NCBI GenBank assembly: GCA_002269645.1
Contig: NIVC01000084.1
Location: forward strand, 434,001-498,000
From: Macrostomum lignano
Lineage: Eukaryota
Reading direction: 5' to 3'
Length of the DNA stretch: 64,000 nt
A model generated the notes under the pieces. That model ran no database searches. It was not told the origin of the DNA and saw only the letters and a list, made by a program, of their open reading frames with translations. Positions 1 to 12,700 of the stretch are shown here, in pieces. Both the position numbers and the translations under genes were made by a program. The stretch's first letter is position 1. Every line of letters starts with the position of its first letter.

Positions 1-245
1 CATAATTATCTGAATCATAACACCTGGATCATTACACCTGGATTATAACACCTGGATTATAACACCTGGATTATAACACCTGGATCATAACACCTGGATT
101 ATAACACCTGGATTATAACACCTGGATTATAACACCTGGATCGTACCACCTGGATCATAACACCCGGATCATAACACCCGGATTAGAACACCTGGATCAT
201 AACACCTGGACCATAATACCTGAATCATAACACCTGGATCATAAA
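1..245. repeat. 13-bp intronic minisatellite (ataacacctggat); also ~2150-2490 and ~4396-4735
   Basis: Direct reading of tandem units. Confidence 0.95.
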
Positions 246-299
246 ACTTAAACCATAACACCCCTTAGACCGCCCTTCGCCCCTCCCCGACATCCGCAG

Positions 300-3200
300 G
301 TTCCGCTCCATCACGAGCGCCTACTACCGAGGCTGCGCCGGCGCTCTGCTGGTCTTCGACGCCTTGAACCGCGACAGCTTCGACAGCTGCGAGCGCTGGC
401 TGCAGGAGCTGCGGGCCTCCGCGCCAGAGTCCACGCCCGTGGCTCTGGTGGCCAACAAGAGCGACTCGGATGAGGCCGCCGTGACTCAGGAGGAGGCGGC
501 CGAGTTCGCCAAGTCGCACGGCGTCGAGCTGTGCTGGGGGTCAGCGCCCGCACCGGACAGAATGTCGGCCAGGCATTCAGGGGCCTGCAGAGTCGGGTGC
601 TGCAGAGCCAGAGCCAGCAATTCGGGTTGGTATTTGGCCTTCGCAACAGCATTTCATCCATTTAGCTATACATTCTCATCGTCATAGCAACACAACGTCA
701 TCCACATAGCAACACAACTTCGTCCCCATGGCAACACAATCTCAAGCACATAGCAACACGATTTCATCCCCATAGCAACACAACTTCATCCCCATAACAA
801 CGCAAATATTTTCTCTTTAAAACCGATTCCTAGTTTGGCACAGACCCAGCAGTCAAACGAATCGGCTACTTTCGCTCCGAAGGCCATCAATACGAGTAAA
901 TCTACTGAGCAGTCGAAGGAGTCTCCCATTTCGAAGCCAGCAGCAGTGGGACAGGCAAACCTGAACGATGATCGCTCTCCTGACTATGTGATAAAAAGTG
1001 AGATATAGCATCCTTGTCTTTACCATCTGACTGTTACGTGGGTGCGAAGTGAGATGGATATGCGGAGTGAGCTGGGTGCGGAGTGCGGCGGGTGTGGAGT
1101 GAGGTGGGTGTGGAGTGAGGTGGGTGTGGAGTGAGCTGGGTGCGGAGTGCGGCGGGTGTGGAGTGAGGTGGGTGTGGAGTGAGCTGGGTGCGGAGTGCGG
1201 CGGGTGTGGAGTGAGGTGGGCGCGGGGTGAGGTGGGTGCGGAGTGAGGTGGGTGCGGAGTGAGGTGGGTGCGGAGTGAGGTGGGCGTGAAGTGGGGTGTG
1301 TGTGGAGTGAGGTGGGTGTGGAGTGAGGTGGGTGTGGAGTGAGGTGGGTGTGGAGTGAGGTGGATGTGGAGTGAGCTGGGTGCGGAGTGCAGTGGGTGTG
1401 GAGTGAGGTGGGTGTGGAGTGAGCTGGGTGCGGAGTGCGGCGGTTGTGGAGTGAGGTGGGCGCGGGGTGAGGTGGGTGCGGAGTGAGGTGGGTGCGGAGT
1501 GAGGTGGGTGCGGAGTGAGGTGGGCGTGAAGTGGGGTGGGTGGAGTGAGGTGGGTGTGGAGTGAGCTGGGTGCGGAGTGCGGCGGGTGTGGAGTGAGGTG
1601 GGCGCGGGGTGAGGTGGGTGCGGAGTGAGGTGGGTGCGGAGTGAGGTGGGTGCGGAGTGAGGTGGGCGTGAAGTGGGGTGTGTGTGGAGTGAGGTGGGTG
1701 TGGAGTGAGGTGGGTGTGTAGTGAGGTGGGTGCGGAATGAGGTGAGTGCGGAGTGAGGTGGGTGCGGAGTGGAGTGAGGTTCGGAGGTGGGTGCAGAGTG
1801 AGGTGGGTGTGAGAATGCTCACAATGCCCACACCCACACGCAGCGGTGCTAATCGGAGACTCCGGCGTCGGCAAGTCCTGCCTGGTCCGCCAATTTATTG
1901 ACCAGGAATTTGACGAGAGCCTCAAGGCAACGCCCACCATCGGAGTGGACTTTCGCGTGGTGAACAGCGACATTGACGGGTCGCGAGTGAAAACTCAGAT
2001 TTGGGATACGGCAGGACAACAGAGGTGAGGTTGAAGTTGGATAGCTCGCTCTTTCCTTTATTAACTTTATTTTTGGACGAAATTGTGTTATAAAACCCAT
2101 TAGATTTACACATAAGTTACTATCATTAACTCATTAGACAGCAAGGACCTTAACACCTGGATCATAATAACTGAATCATGAATCTAGGCTCATAAACCTA
2201 TATTAAAACACCGGAATCATGACACTCAAATTATAAATCTTGGATCATAATTATCTGAATCATAACACCTGGATCATTACACCTGGATTATAACACCTGG
2301 ATTATAACACCTGGATTATAACACCTGGATCATAACACCTGGATTATAACACCTGGATTATAACACCTGGATTATAACACCTGGATCGTACCACCTGGAT
2401 CATAACACCCGGATCATAACACCCGGATTAGAACACCTGGATCATAACACCTGGACCATAATACCTGAATCATAACACCTGGATCATAAAACTTAAACCA
2501 TAACACCCCTTAGACCGCCCTTCGCCCCTCCCCGACATCCGCAGGTTCCGCTCCATCACGAGCGCCTACTACCGAGGCTGCGCCGGCGCTCTGCTGGTCT
2601 TCGACGCCTTGAACCGCGACAGCTTCGACAGCTGCGAGCGCTGGCTGCAGGAGCTGCGGGCCTCCGCGCCAGAGTCCACGCCCGTGGCTCTGGTGGCCAA
2701 CAAGAGCGACTCGGATGAGGCCGCCGTGACTCAGGAGGAGGCGGCCGAGTTCGCCAAGTCGCACGGCGTCGAGCTGTGCTGGGGGGTCAGCGCCCGCACC
2801 GGACAGAATGTCGGCCAGGCATTCAGGGGCCTGCAGAGTCGGGTGCTGCAGAGCCAGAGCCAGCAATTCGGGTTGGTATTTGGCCTTCGCAACAGCATTT
2901 CATCCATTTAGCTATACATTCTCATCGTCATAGCAACACAACGTCATCCACATAGCAACACAACTTCGTCCCCATGGCAACACAATCTCAAGCACATAGC
3001 AACACGATTTCATCCCCATAGCAACACAACTTCATCCCCATAACAACGCAAATATTTTCTCTTTAAAACCGATTCCTAGTTTGGCACAGACCCAGCAGTC
3101 AAACGAATCGGCTACTTTCGCTCCGAAGGCCATCAATACGAGTAAATCTACTGAGCAGTCGAAGGAGTCTCCCATTTCGAAGCCAGCAGCAGTGGGACAG

Positions 3201-6200
3201 GCAAACCTGAACGATGATCGCTCTCCTGACTATGTGATAAAAAGTGAGATATAGCATCCTTGTCTTTACCATCTGACTGTTACGTGGGTGCGAAGTGAGA
3301 TGGATATGCGGAGTGAGCTGGGTGCGGAGTGCGGCGGGTGTGGAGTGAGGTGGGTGTGGAGTGAGGTGGGTGTGGAGTGAGCTGGGTGCGGAGTGCGGCG
3401 GGTGTGGAGTGAGGTGGGTGTGGAGTGAGCTGGGTGCGGAGTGCGGCGGGTGTGGAGTGAGGTGGGCGCGGGGTGAGGTGGGTGCGGAGTGAGGTGGGTG
3501 CGGAGTGAGGTGGGTGCGGAGTGAGGTGGGCGTGAAGTGGGGTGTGTGTGGAGTGAGGTGGGTGTGGAGTGAGGTGGGTGTGGAGTGAGGTGGGTGTGGA
3601 GTGAGGTGGATGTGGAGTGAGCTGGGTGCGGAGTGCAGTGGGTGTGGAGTGAGGTGGGTGTGGAGTGAGCTGGGTGCGGAGTGCGGCGGTTGTGGAGTGA
3701 GGTGGGCGCGGGGTGAGGTGGGTGCGGAGTGAGGTGGGTGCGGAGTGAGGTGGGTGCGGAGTGAGGTGGGCGTGAAGTGGGGTGGGTGGAGTGAGGTGGG
3801 TGTGGAGTGAGCTGGGTGCGGAGTGCGGCGGGTGTGGAGTGAGGTGGGCGCGGGGTGAGGTGGGTGCGGAGTGAGGTGGGTGCGGAGTGAGGTGGGTGCG
3901 GAGTGAGGTGGGCGTGAAGTGGGGTGTGTGTGGAGTGAGGTGGGTGTGGAGTGAGGTGGGTGTGTAGTGAGGTGGGTGCGGAATGAGGTGAGTGCGGAGT
4001 GAGGTGGGTGCGGAGTGGAGTGAGGTTCGGAGGTGGGTGCAGAGTGAGGTGGGTGTGAGAATGCTCACAATGCCCACACCCACACGCAGCGGTGCTAATC
4101 GGAGACTCCGGCGTCGGCAAGTCCTGCCTGGTCCGCCAATTTATTGACCAGGAATTTGACGAGAGCCTCAAGGCAACGCCCACCATCGGAGTGGACTTTC
4201 GCGTGGTGAACAGCGACATTGACGGGTCGCGAGTGAAAACTCAGATTTGGGATACGGCAGGACAACAGAGGTGAGGTTGAAGTTGGATAGCTCGCTCTTT
4301 CCTTTATTAACTTTATTTTTGGACGAAATTGTGTTATAAAACCCATTAGATTTACACATAAGTTACTATCATTAACTCATTAGACAGCAAGGACCTTAAC
4401 ACCTGGATCATAATAACTGAATCATGAATCTAGGCTCATAAACCTATATTAAAACACCGGAATCATGACACTCAAATTATAAATCTTGGATCATAATTAT
4501 CTGAATCATAACACCTGGATCATTACACCTGGATTATAACACCTGGATTATAACACCTGGATTATAACACCTGGATCATAACACCTGGATTATAACACCT
4601 GGATTATAACACCTGGATTATAACACCTGGATCGTACCACCTGGATCATAACACCCGGATCATAACACCCGGATTAGAACACCTGGATCATAACACCTGG
4701 ACCATAATACCTGAATCATAACACCTGGATCATAAAACTTAAACCATAACACCCCTTAGACCGCCCTTCGCCCCTCCCCGACATCCGCAGGTTCCGCTCC
4801 ATCACGAGCGCCTACTACCGAGGCTGCGCCGGCGCTCTGCTGGTCTTCGACGCCTTGAACCGCGACAGCTTCGACAGCTGCGAGCGCTGGCTGCAGGAGC
4901 TGCGGGCCTCCGCGCCAGAGTCCACGCCCGTGGCTCTGGTGGCCAACAAGAGCGACTCGGATGAGGCCGCCGTGACTCAGGAGGAGGCGGCCGAGTTCGC
5001 CAAGTCGCACGGCGTCGAGCTGTGCTGGGGGGTCAGCGCCCGCACCGGACACAATGTCGGCCAGGCTTTCAGGGGCCTGCAGAGTCGCTGCCTCGCCCAG
5101 ATGAAGCTTCAGAAGGCGGAGACAGCGCCGAAGGCGGCCAACGCGTCAATACGGATAGCAGAGATTGACAGCATGCTGGCGAGTGTCAAAGATATGAGTT
5201 CGTCGAATTTCGATTCGAAAGTTTTGTCCAGATTCACCGTTGACAGTCAGCGGCAAAGCGCGCCGCCAGGTGCCAGCGTGGAGGAGCTGCCGTTGATTGA
5301 GTCCCAGACTGCGTCTGTGCCCGACAGGCCTGCTGTGCTCGTCAATGGTGATCTTGGGCGATTTTTAGAGCTTTTAAATAAGACACAAATGGCGCCAAAC
5401 TAGACACAAATGGCGCCAAACTAGACACTAAAGGCGTCAACCTAGACACAAATGGCGCCAAACTGAACACAAATGGCGCCAAACAACTTTATGTTTACCA
5501 ATGATTAAACCGATCAACTCCCGCAGTAATCGTTGCTGGGAACGCTGGCGTTGGCAAGTCCAGCCTTCTGGCTCGCTTTGTAGGCGGCCAATTCAACGAA
5601 TCGTATGCGCCGACAGTGGCCGCGAGTCTGCAGAGCCGACTGGTCAAGGTTGACGGGGTGCCGGTCCAATGCCAGATTTGGGACACTGCCGGTCAGGAGA
5701 GGTGAGGAGATTTTGACGTTCGCACGGTGGTGCGCGAAGGGATGTGTGGAGTGAGGTGGGCGCGGGGAGTGAGGTGGGTGCGGGGAGTGAGGCGGGTGCG
5801 GAGAGTGGGTGGGTGCAGGGAGTGAGGTGGGCGCAGGGAGTGAGGTGGGTGCAGGAAGTGAGGTGGGCGCAGGGAGTGAGGTAGGTGCAGGGAGTGAGGC
5901 GGGTGCGGAGAGTGGGTGGGTGCAGGGAGTGAGATGGGAGCATGGAGTGAGGTGGGCGCAGGGAGTGAGGTAGGTGCAGGGAGTGAGGTGGGTGCAGAGT
6001 GAGGTGGGTGCAGGAAGTGAGGTAGGTGCAGGGAGTGAGGTGGGTGCAGGGAGTGAGGTAGGTGCTAACAAAGTCCACCGCCATTACTCCCAGCCATCGC
6101 AGCAACTCGGAGGGCTACTACAGCGGCTGCCAATGCGCTATGCTGGTCTATGACGTCACTGACGCGGACAGCCTCCGCGACTGCGAGGCCTGGCTGCAGC

Positions 6201-6706
6201 GACTGCGCCCGGCACAGGACGGCGACAGCGTCGGACTACCGGCCGACGCCCCCATCGCTCTGATCGGAAACAAGCTTGACCGCCGCGAGCTCCCTACGCC
6301 CTCCGGAGCTCAGTCCGGCCTGGCGCTGGCTCGGCGCCACGGCCTGGTTTGGCGCGAAGCAACGGCGCTAGACTCGGAGAGCGCCAGCGAAGCGTTCCTG
6401 TGCCTGCTGCGCGCCGTTCTACAGACCATGCATTCGCCAGAACAACTTCGGAATGCGGATTCTAAGAAACGCAAAGGCGAAAAAAACGCTAGCAGACGAA
6501 AGCGAAAGTCGAAGCAGAAGGCAAGAAACAGCGGTCGCGATGCCGCCGCCAAAGTTTCCGCCGTGAGGTTTGGCGGCACGGCGACGCTGACGGAATTTCC
6601 AGGCGTCGGAGACAACGCGGTGACCACCCAAGATGACGACAATGAGGCTGCCTGGACGTCGGACTCCTCGCTAAGCAGCAGCAGCTCGGCCGAGTCAGCT
6701 GAGTAA
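300..6706 (+). CDS. Multi-domain (tandem) Rab-like small GTPase protein, spliced, 5' end outside window
   Basis: Phase-compatible GT-AG exons: 300-629, 844-997, 1844-2024, 2545-2875, 3090-3243, 4090-4270, 4791-5347, 5527-5701, 6094-6706. Junctions rebuild Rab motifs: DYVIK|[20 protein letters not shown]|[21 protein letters not shown]. Last domain: VLVN|[25 protein letters not shown]. The first exon copy has 5 G instead of 6 at ~536-540 (frameshift). Confidence 0.8.
1060..1812. repeat. G-rich ~15-bp intronic minisatellite (ggagtgaggtgggtg); second copy ~3306-4058
   Basis: Direct reading; generates the His/Pro/Thr-rich ORFs on the minus strand. Confidence 0.95.
5381..5485. repeat. 21-bp intronic repeat (agacacaaatggcgccaaact), 4-5 copies
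   Basis: Direct reading; lies in the intron 5348-5526. Confidence 0.9.
5745..6065. repeat. G-rich ~18-bp intronic minisatellite (gggagtgaggtgggtgca)
   Basis: Direct reading. Confidence 0.9.
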
Positions 6707-6964
6707 AATGACTCAAACAAAGAGACGAAATTTTTTTTTCTATTTTTAGGTGTTAAACCATTGCGAGAAGGCTTCCCGTTTTTTATCTGAATCGATAAAA
6801 ACATTATCGATGGGATTCCCCTTTGGGGTATCATAGACACCAGCTAGCATACGCTCGCAAATATTGACGAGACAGGATTCCTCACTTAAAAATCAATAAT
6901 ATGGGATTTCCTTTTTAGCAACTATAAATAGCAGCGGGAGTCTCTTTTGTTAAACTCCAGAACG

Positions 6965-7205
6965 ACTATGGGATTCCCCTTTGCAAAACTAAAATAGCTA
7001 TGGGATTCCCCTTTGCAAAACTAAAATAGCTATGGGATTCCCCTTTGCAAAACTAAAATAGCTATGGGATTCCCCTTTGCAAAACTAAAATAGCTATGGG
7101 ATTACCCTTTGCAAAACTAAAAATAGTTACGGGATTCCCCATTGTAAAACTTAAATCAGCTACGGGATCCTATGTTAAAACTATAAATAAATAAGGGATT
7201 CCCCT
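6965..7205. repeat. ~32-bp minisatellite (tgggattcccctttgcaaaactaaaatagcta), degenerate copies from ~6810
   Basis: Direct reading. Confidence 0.9.
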
Positions 7206-7764
7206 TTTGTAAATCCAAAACAACTACGGGAAACTTGTTGACAATAATTTTCTAGTTTAATCAGTGATTGCATGATACTGTTTATGCTTTATTAAATCTA
7301 GCTAGTAATAATCAATTATGATTCCATTAAGATGTTAATGCCTAAAGTAGATTTTTGTTGAGTTTTTAACTTTCTGCTCTCTGTAGTCTAATAGGTTGTT
7401 TTTTATCAAGCCGCTTCTTTTTCAAGTTGAACAAAAAATTGATATGTTGAATCGTATCTGAGTACTTACTAGACTTTTGATTAAAATATTAGTAGTAAAA
7501 TGCGCTTTTCTTTAATTTTTTCGCGAACATATAATAATAAATACTATTTTTATACATTACGAAAGAGCAAACTGCCTGTTGCAGTACTTTGGACTGAATA
7601 ACTTTTATTTGAACCATGTTAAAACGATTATAAACATTCATGGAATAATACACTGCCAAATTGTAAGACTGCTGCGACTTCAAATGGTTTAAGACTGAAT
7701 ATAAATTACTGGGATAAATATAAAGTACTGGAATATAAAACATTGTTACTGTGAACTGGATATT

Positions 7765-8400
7765 GGGTGAGATTGAGAGATGGATGAAATTGAGAGATGG
7801 ATGAGATTGAGAGATGGGTGAGATTGAGAGATAGGTGAGATTGAGAGATGGGTGAGATTGGGAGATAGGTGAGATTGAGAGATGGGTGAGATTGGGAGAT
7901 AGGTGAGATTGAGAGATAGGTGAGATTGAGAGATGGGTGAGATTGGGAGATAGGTGAGATTGAGAGATGGGTGAGATTGGGAGATAGGTGAGATTGAGAG
8001 ATAGGTGAGATTGAGAGATGGGTGAGATTGGGAGATAGGTGAGATTGAGAGATGGGTGAGATTGGGAGATAGGTGAGATTGAGAGATGGGTGAGATTGGG
8101 AGATAGGTGAGATTGAGAGATAGGTGAGATTGAGAGATGGGTGAGATTGGGAGATAGGTGAGATTGAGAGATGGGTGAGATTAAGAGACGGGGGAGTTTG
8201 GGAGATGGGGGAGATTGACAGATGGGTGAGATTGGGAGATGGGGGAGATTGACAGATGGGTGAGATTAAGAGACGGGGGAGTTTGGGAGATGGGGGAGAT
8301 TGACAGATGGGTGAGATTGACAGATGGGTGAGATTAAGAGACGGGGATATTGATTGGTGGGATTGAGATTGGTGAAATTAAGAGGGGGGTGAGATTAGGA
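7765..8400. repeat. ~17-bp purine-rich minisatellite (ggtgagattgagagat)
   Basis: Direct reading. Confidence 0.9.
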
Positions 8401-8761
8401 AGATGAGATAAAAGGCAGATAAGACAGACACAGTTAAAACACATACCACCACTATATATGCTGACTGAATACAAGTAACAAACAAAATAGGCAAAGTAGA
8501 CAAAATAGACACAATAAAATGCGCTACAATCATTAGCTTATCAGATGCAATTATTATCACCAACAACATATTGAATGCTTTGCTCAGATATGGCAAAAAA
8601 CACCAATTTGATGGAATTTAACCAGTTAAGATTGTAATTGAAGTTACAAAATAACAAATCTACAGACTAGAGTAGACACTGGAGTATAGAGGTAGAAAAA
8701 TGATATTTTACAGCAAAGCCAGTCAAGTTTGAAATTCTTTATTTAAAGGCTTCATTATCAA

Positions 8762-9740
8762 TTTGATTGGCTTTATTGTCTATGGCCGAGTGCGGTTCTG
8801 TGGCAGTGGCTTTGATTGGTTTTATTGTCTATGGCCAAGTGCGGTTCTGTGGCAGTGTGGCTTTGATCGGCTTTATTGTCTATGGCCGAGTGCAGTTCTG
8901 TGGCAGTGTGGCTTTGATCGGCTTTATTGTCTATGGCCGAGTGCAGTTGTGTGGCAGTGGCTTTGATTGGCTTTATTGTCTATGGCCAAGTGCGGTTCTG
9001 TGGCAGTGGCTTTGATTGGCTTAATTGTCTATGGCCGAGTGCAGTTCTGTGGCAGTGGCTTTGATTGGCTTTATTGTCTATGGCCAAGTGCGGTTCTGTG
9101 GCAGTGGCTTTGATAGGCTTTATTGTCTATGGCCGAGTGCAGTTCTGTGGCAGTGGCTTTGATTGGCTTTATTGTCTATGGCCGAGTGCAGTTCTGTGGC
9201 AGTGTGGCTTTGATCGGCTTTATTGTCTATGGCCGAGTGCAGTTGTGTGGCAGTGGCTTTGATTGGCTTTATTGTCTATGGCCAAGTGCGGTTCTGTGGC
9301 AGTGGCTTTGATTGGCTTAATTGTCTATGGCCGAGTGCAGTTCTGTGGCAGTGTGGCTTTGATCGGCTTTATTGTCTATGGCCGAGTGCAGTTCTGTGGC
9401 AGTGTGGCTTTGATCGGCTTTATTGTCTATGGCCGAGTGCAGTTGTGTGGCAGTGGCTTTGATTGGCTTTACTGTCTATGGCCGAGTACAGATCTGTGGC
9501 AGTGGCTTTGATTGGCTTTATTGTCTATGGCCGAGTGCAGTTCTGTGGCAGTGGCTTTGATTGGCTTTATTGTCTATGGCCGAGTGCAGTTCTGTGGCAG
9601 TGGCTTTGATTGGCTTTATTGTCTATGGCCGAGTGCAGTTCTGTGGCAGTGGCTTTGATTGGCTTTATTGTCTATGGCCGAGTGCAGTTCTGTGGCAGTG
9701 GCTTTGATTGGCTTTGTTGTCTATGGCCGAGTGCAGTTCT
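8762..9740. repeat. ~49-bp minisatellite just downstream of the beta-TrCP stop
   Basis: Unit tttgattggctttattgtctatggccgagtgcagttctgtggcagtggc, about 20 copies. Confidence 0.95.
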
Positions 9741-9781
9741 ATCATTTTTTTAAATCCATCAATTTTGAACTATTATTTAAT

Positions 9782-12700
9782 TCAATCATCCTCATCTCCG
9801 GCCTCGTTGTCTTCGGCGTCTCCACCGCCGCCTTCATCCTCGGCGTCGGCATCGGCAAAGTGCAGCACAACAGCCTCATCAACCTCTTCATCGGCGGCTT
9901 CCTTAATGCCCCCCTGATCCCCATCGTCGCCAAGGAAATCCCACACTAAGATAGTATCGTCGTGGGACGATGAAACGATCTGGAATTCGTCGAATTGCAA
10001 GCGGAACACCCTGCCAGAGTGTTCGCTGAGTGTGACGATGCACAGCGCGTCGGCCGACGATCTGGGGTCAAGGGCGGCCTGCAGGTCCCACACTTTGATC
10101 TTGCCGTCGTAGGCGCCGGACACAATTCGTTTGGAGTCGAAACGGATGCAGCGGACCAGCTCTTCGTGCCCTGCAGGGGGATTAAGATAATAACTATCGT
10201 ATCGGGAGGTGCCTTTGATGTTCACCGAAAAAAGTTCAATGAAAGTCGGGAGGTGCCTTTGATGTTCACCGAAAAAGGTTCAATGAAAGTCGGGAGGTGC
10301 CTTTGATGTTTAACGAAAAAGGTTCAATGAAAGTCGGGAGGTGCCTTTGATGTTTACCGAAAAAGGTTCAATGAAAGTCGGGAGGTGCCTTTGATGTTCA
10401 CCGAAAAAGGTTCAATGAAAGTCGGGAGGTGCCTTTGATGTTTAACGAAAAAGGTTCAATGAAAGTCGGGAGGTGCCTTTGATGTTTACCGACGGGCAAT
10501 CGGAGTTCACCGACAGGGTTCAATGAAAGACACACCTTTGATGTTTATCGAAAGGGTTCAATAAAAGTCTGAAGGTGCCTTTGAATTTTGCCGAAAAAGA
10601 TTTAAGGAGAGTCGGGGTGCCTGGTGAAGGTTGAATAAAAGTCGGGCCTTTGATGTTTGCCGAAAAGGGTTCAATGAAAGGCGGGCCTTTGATGCTTACC
10701 GATAAGGGTTCAATGAAAGGCGGGCCTTTGATGCTTACCGATAAGGGTTCAATGAAAGGTTGGGGCGGCGCCTTTGAAGTCTGAAGTGAATCTACAGCTT
10801 CAAACTTACCATTGAGCACTCGCAGACAGATTCCGCTCTCGATATCCCACAGTCTGATAGAATTATCAGACGAGCCGCTAACAACCAGATTATCGCGATA
10901 CTGCAAACAGGCGATGCCGCGCTTGTGACCGCTCAGGGTGCGCACAAACTCGCAGCTGGCAGTGTGCCAAACTTTAATAGTCCTATCGCCGGAAGCTGAC
11001 ACAATGTAGCGCGAATCGAAATCTACAACATTCACGGCGGCTCGGTGGCCTACTAGAACTCGTCTAAGCGCGATGTCGCTAGGCGAGTGCATGTCCCACA
11101 CGGCTATGGATCTGTCCTTGGAGCACGTGACCATCAGGCCGTCGCAGAAGCGCAGATGGAGCACGGCTTCGCAATGATGATACAGTGTGTTCAACGGTTG
11201 GCCAGTGCGCACGTCCCAGACTCGCACTGTGCTGTCAGAGGAGCCGCTAATTATTATGTCATCGTCGTACTGGAGGCACAGTACGGAGCCCATGTGGCTG
11301 GATAGCACCTGGTTTGTGTGATAATTGTATGATAGGGATATCGGTAAGGGAGATGCATTCACTAATCCCATAGCTTGATATTGATCCCAATTGATAATCC
11401 CTTCGAGTTATTAATAATCCCAATTGATAATCCCCTCGAGTGAGTAATAATCCCAATTGATAATACCCTCTTGTGATTAATAATCCCAATTGATAATCCT
11501 CTCTTGTGCTTTATAATCCCAATTGATAATCCTCTCTTGTGCTTTATAATCCCAATTGATAATCCTCTCTTGTGCTTTATAATCCCAATTGATAATCCTC
11601 TCTTGTGCTTTATAATCCCAATTGGTAATCCCCTCGTGTGGTTAATAATCCCAATCGATAATCCCCTCGAATGATAAAAAATCCCAATCGATAATCTCTT
11701 TGAGCAATTAATAACCTAAATCGATACTCACCTACGATCATTTATGATTTGAATCCTCTACACAAGGATTAATTCTATATTATTATCCCCATCCCGAATC
11801 CCTTACCTTAGTACACTCCAGAGATTTACGATCCCACACTTTGATGGTGTTATCCCTTAGGCCGCTAATAATCTTGTCCTCGTCGTACTGCAGGCAATAA
11901 ACTCCTTTGGAAGATTCGCTTCGGCATTGAATTCGGCGCAATTTAAAATTGCCCTTGGCCCAGTTGCTCTCGATTCGCCTGATGTCGCTGAGAATCTTCG
12001 GGTACAGCTGCCTGTAGTGGCTGTCTGGACTGCCGGCGTCGCCCTCCGCTCCGTCTCGCTGCGGCCGGCGCAGGTCTCGCAGCCAGCCTCTGCGGACGGC
12101 CAGCCCGCGCCACAGATTGCTTCTGCGCACCTGCAAGCAATTTTTAAAGTACAGTGCGGTTTGTCTGGCTTCCCCAGCAACTGGGGATCTGGGAGGCTGG
12201 CCCAGCAACTGACACTCTGGGAGGCTGGCCCAGCAACTGACACTCTGGGAGGCTGGCCCACCAACTGAGGATCTGGGAGGCTGGTCCAGCAACTGGGGAT
12301 TTGAGAGGGTGGCCCAGCAACTGAGGATTTGGGAGGCTGGCCCAGCAACTGACACTCTGAGAGGCTGGCTTAGCAACTGAGGATCTGGGAGGCTGGCCCA
12401 GTAACTGACACTCTGGGAGGCTGGCCCAGCAACTGAGGATCTGGGAGGCTGGCCCAGCAACTGAGGATCTGGGAGTCTGGCCCAGCAACTGAGGATCTTG
12501 GAGGCTGGCCCAGTAACTGACACTCTGGGAGTCTGGCCCAGCAACTGAGGATCTTGGAGGCTGGCCCAGCAACTGAACAGTTGCTAACCAAATATTTGAG
12601 TCCCCCAAAGCCAATCCTCTCAACGCTCACCTGCGACTCAATCAGCTTACGCCACAGCAGGCCCTCAGATACAACCCGTCGCCACTCGCTGCACACCATC

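Larger units (their letters stand above)
1..5087 (+). repeat. Near-identical tandem segmental duplication, unit 2246 bp (~2.3 copies visible)
   Basis: Position 1 matches 2246 and 4492; exons recur at +2246; identity ends after cagagtcg at 2841/5087. Confidence 0.95.

Noticed and set aside
1020-4219. His/Pro/Thr-rich 267-317 aa ORFs on the minus strand
   Set aside because: Translations of 15-bp intronic minisatellites, antisense to the Rab gene.
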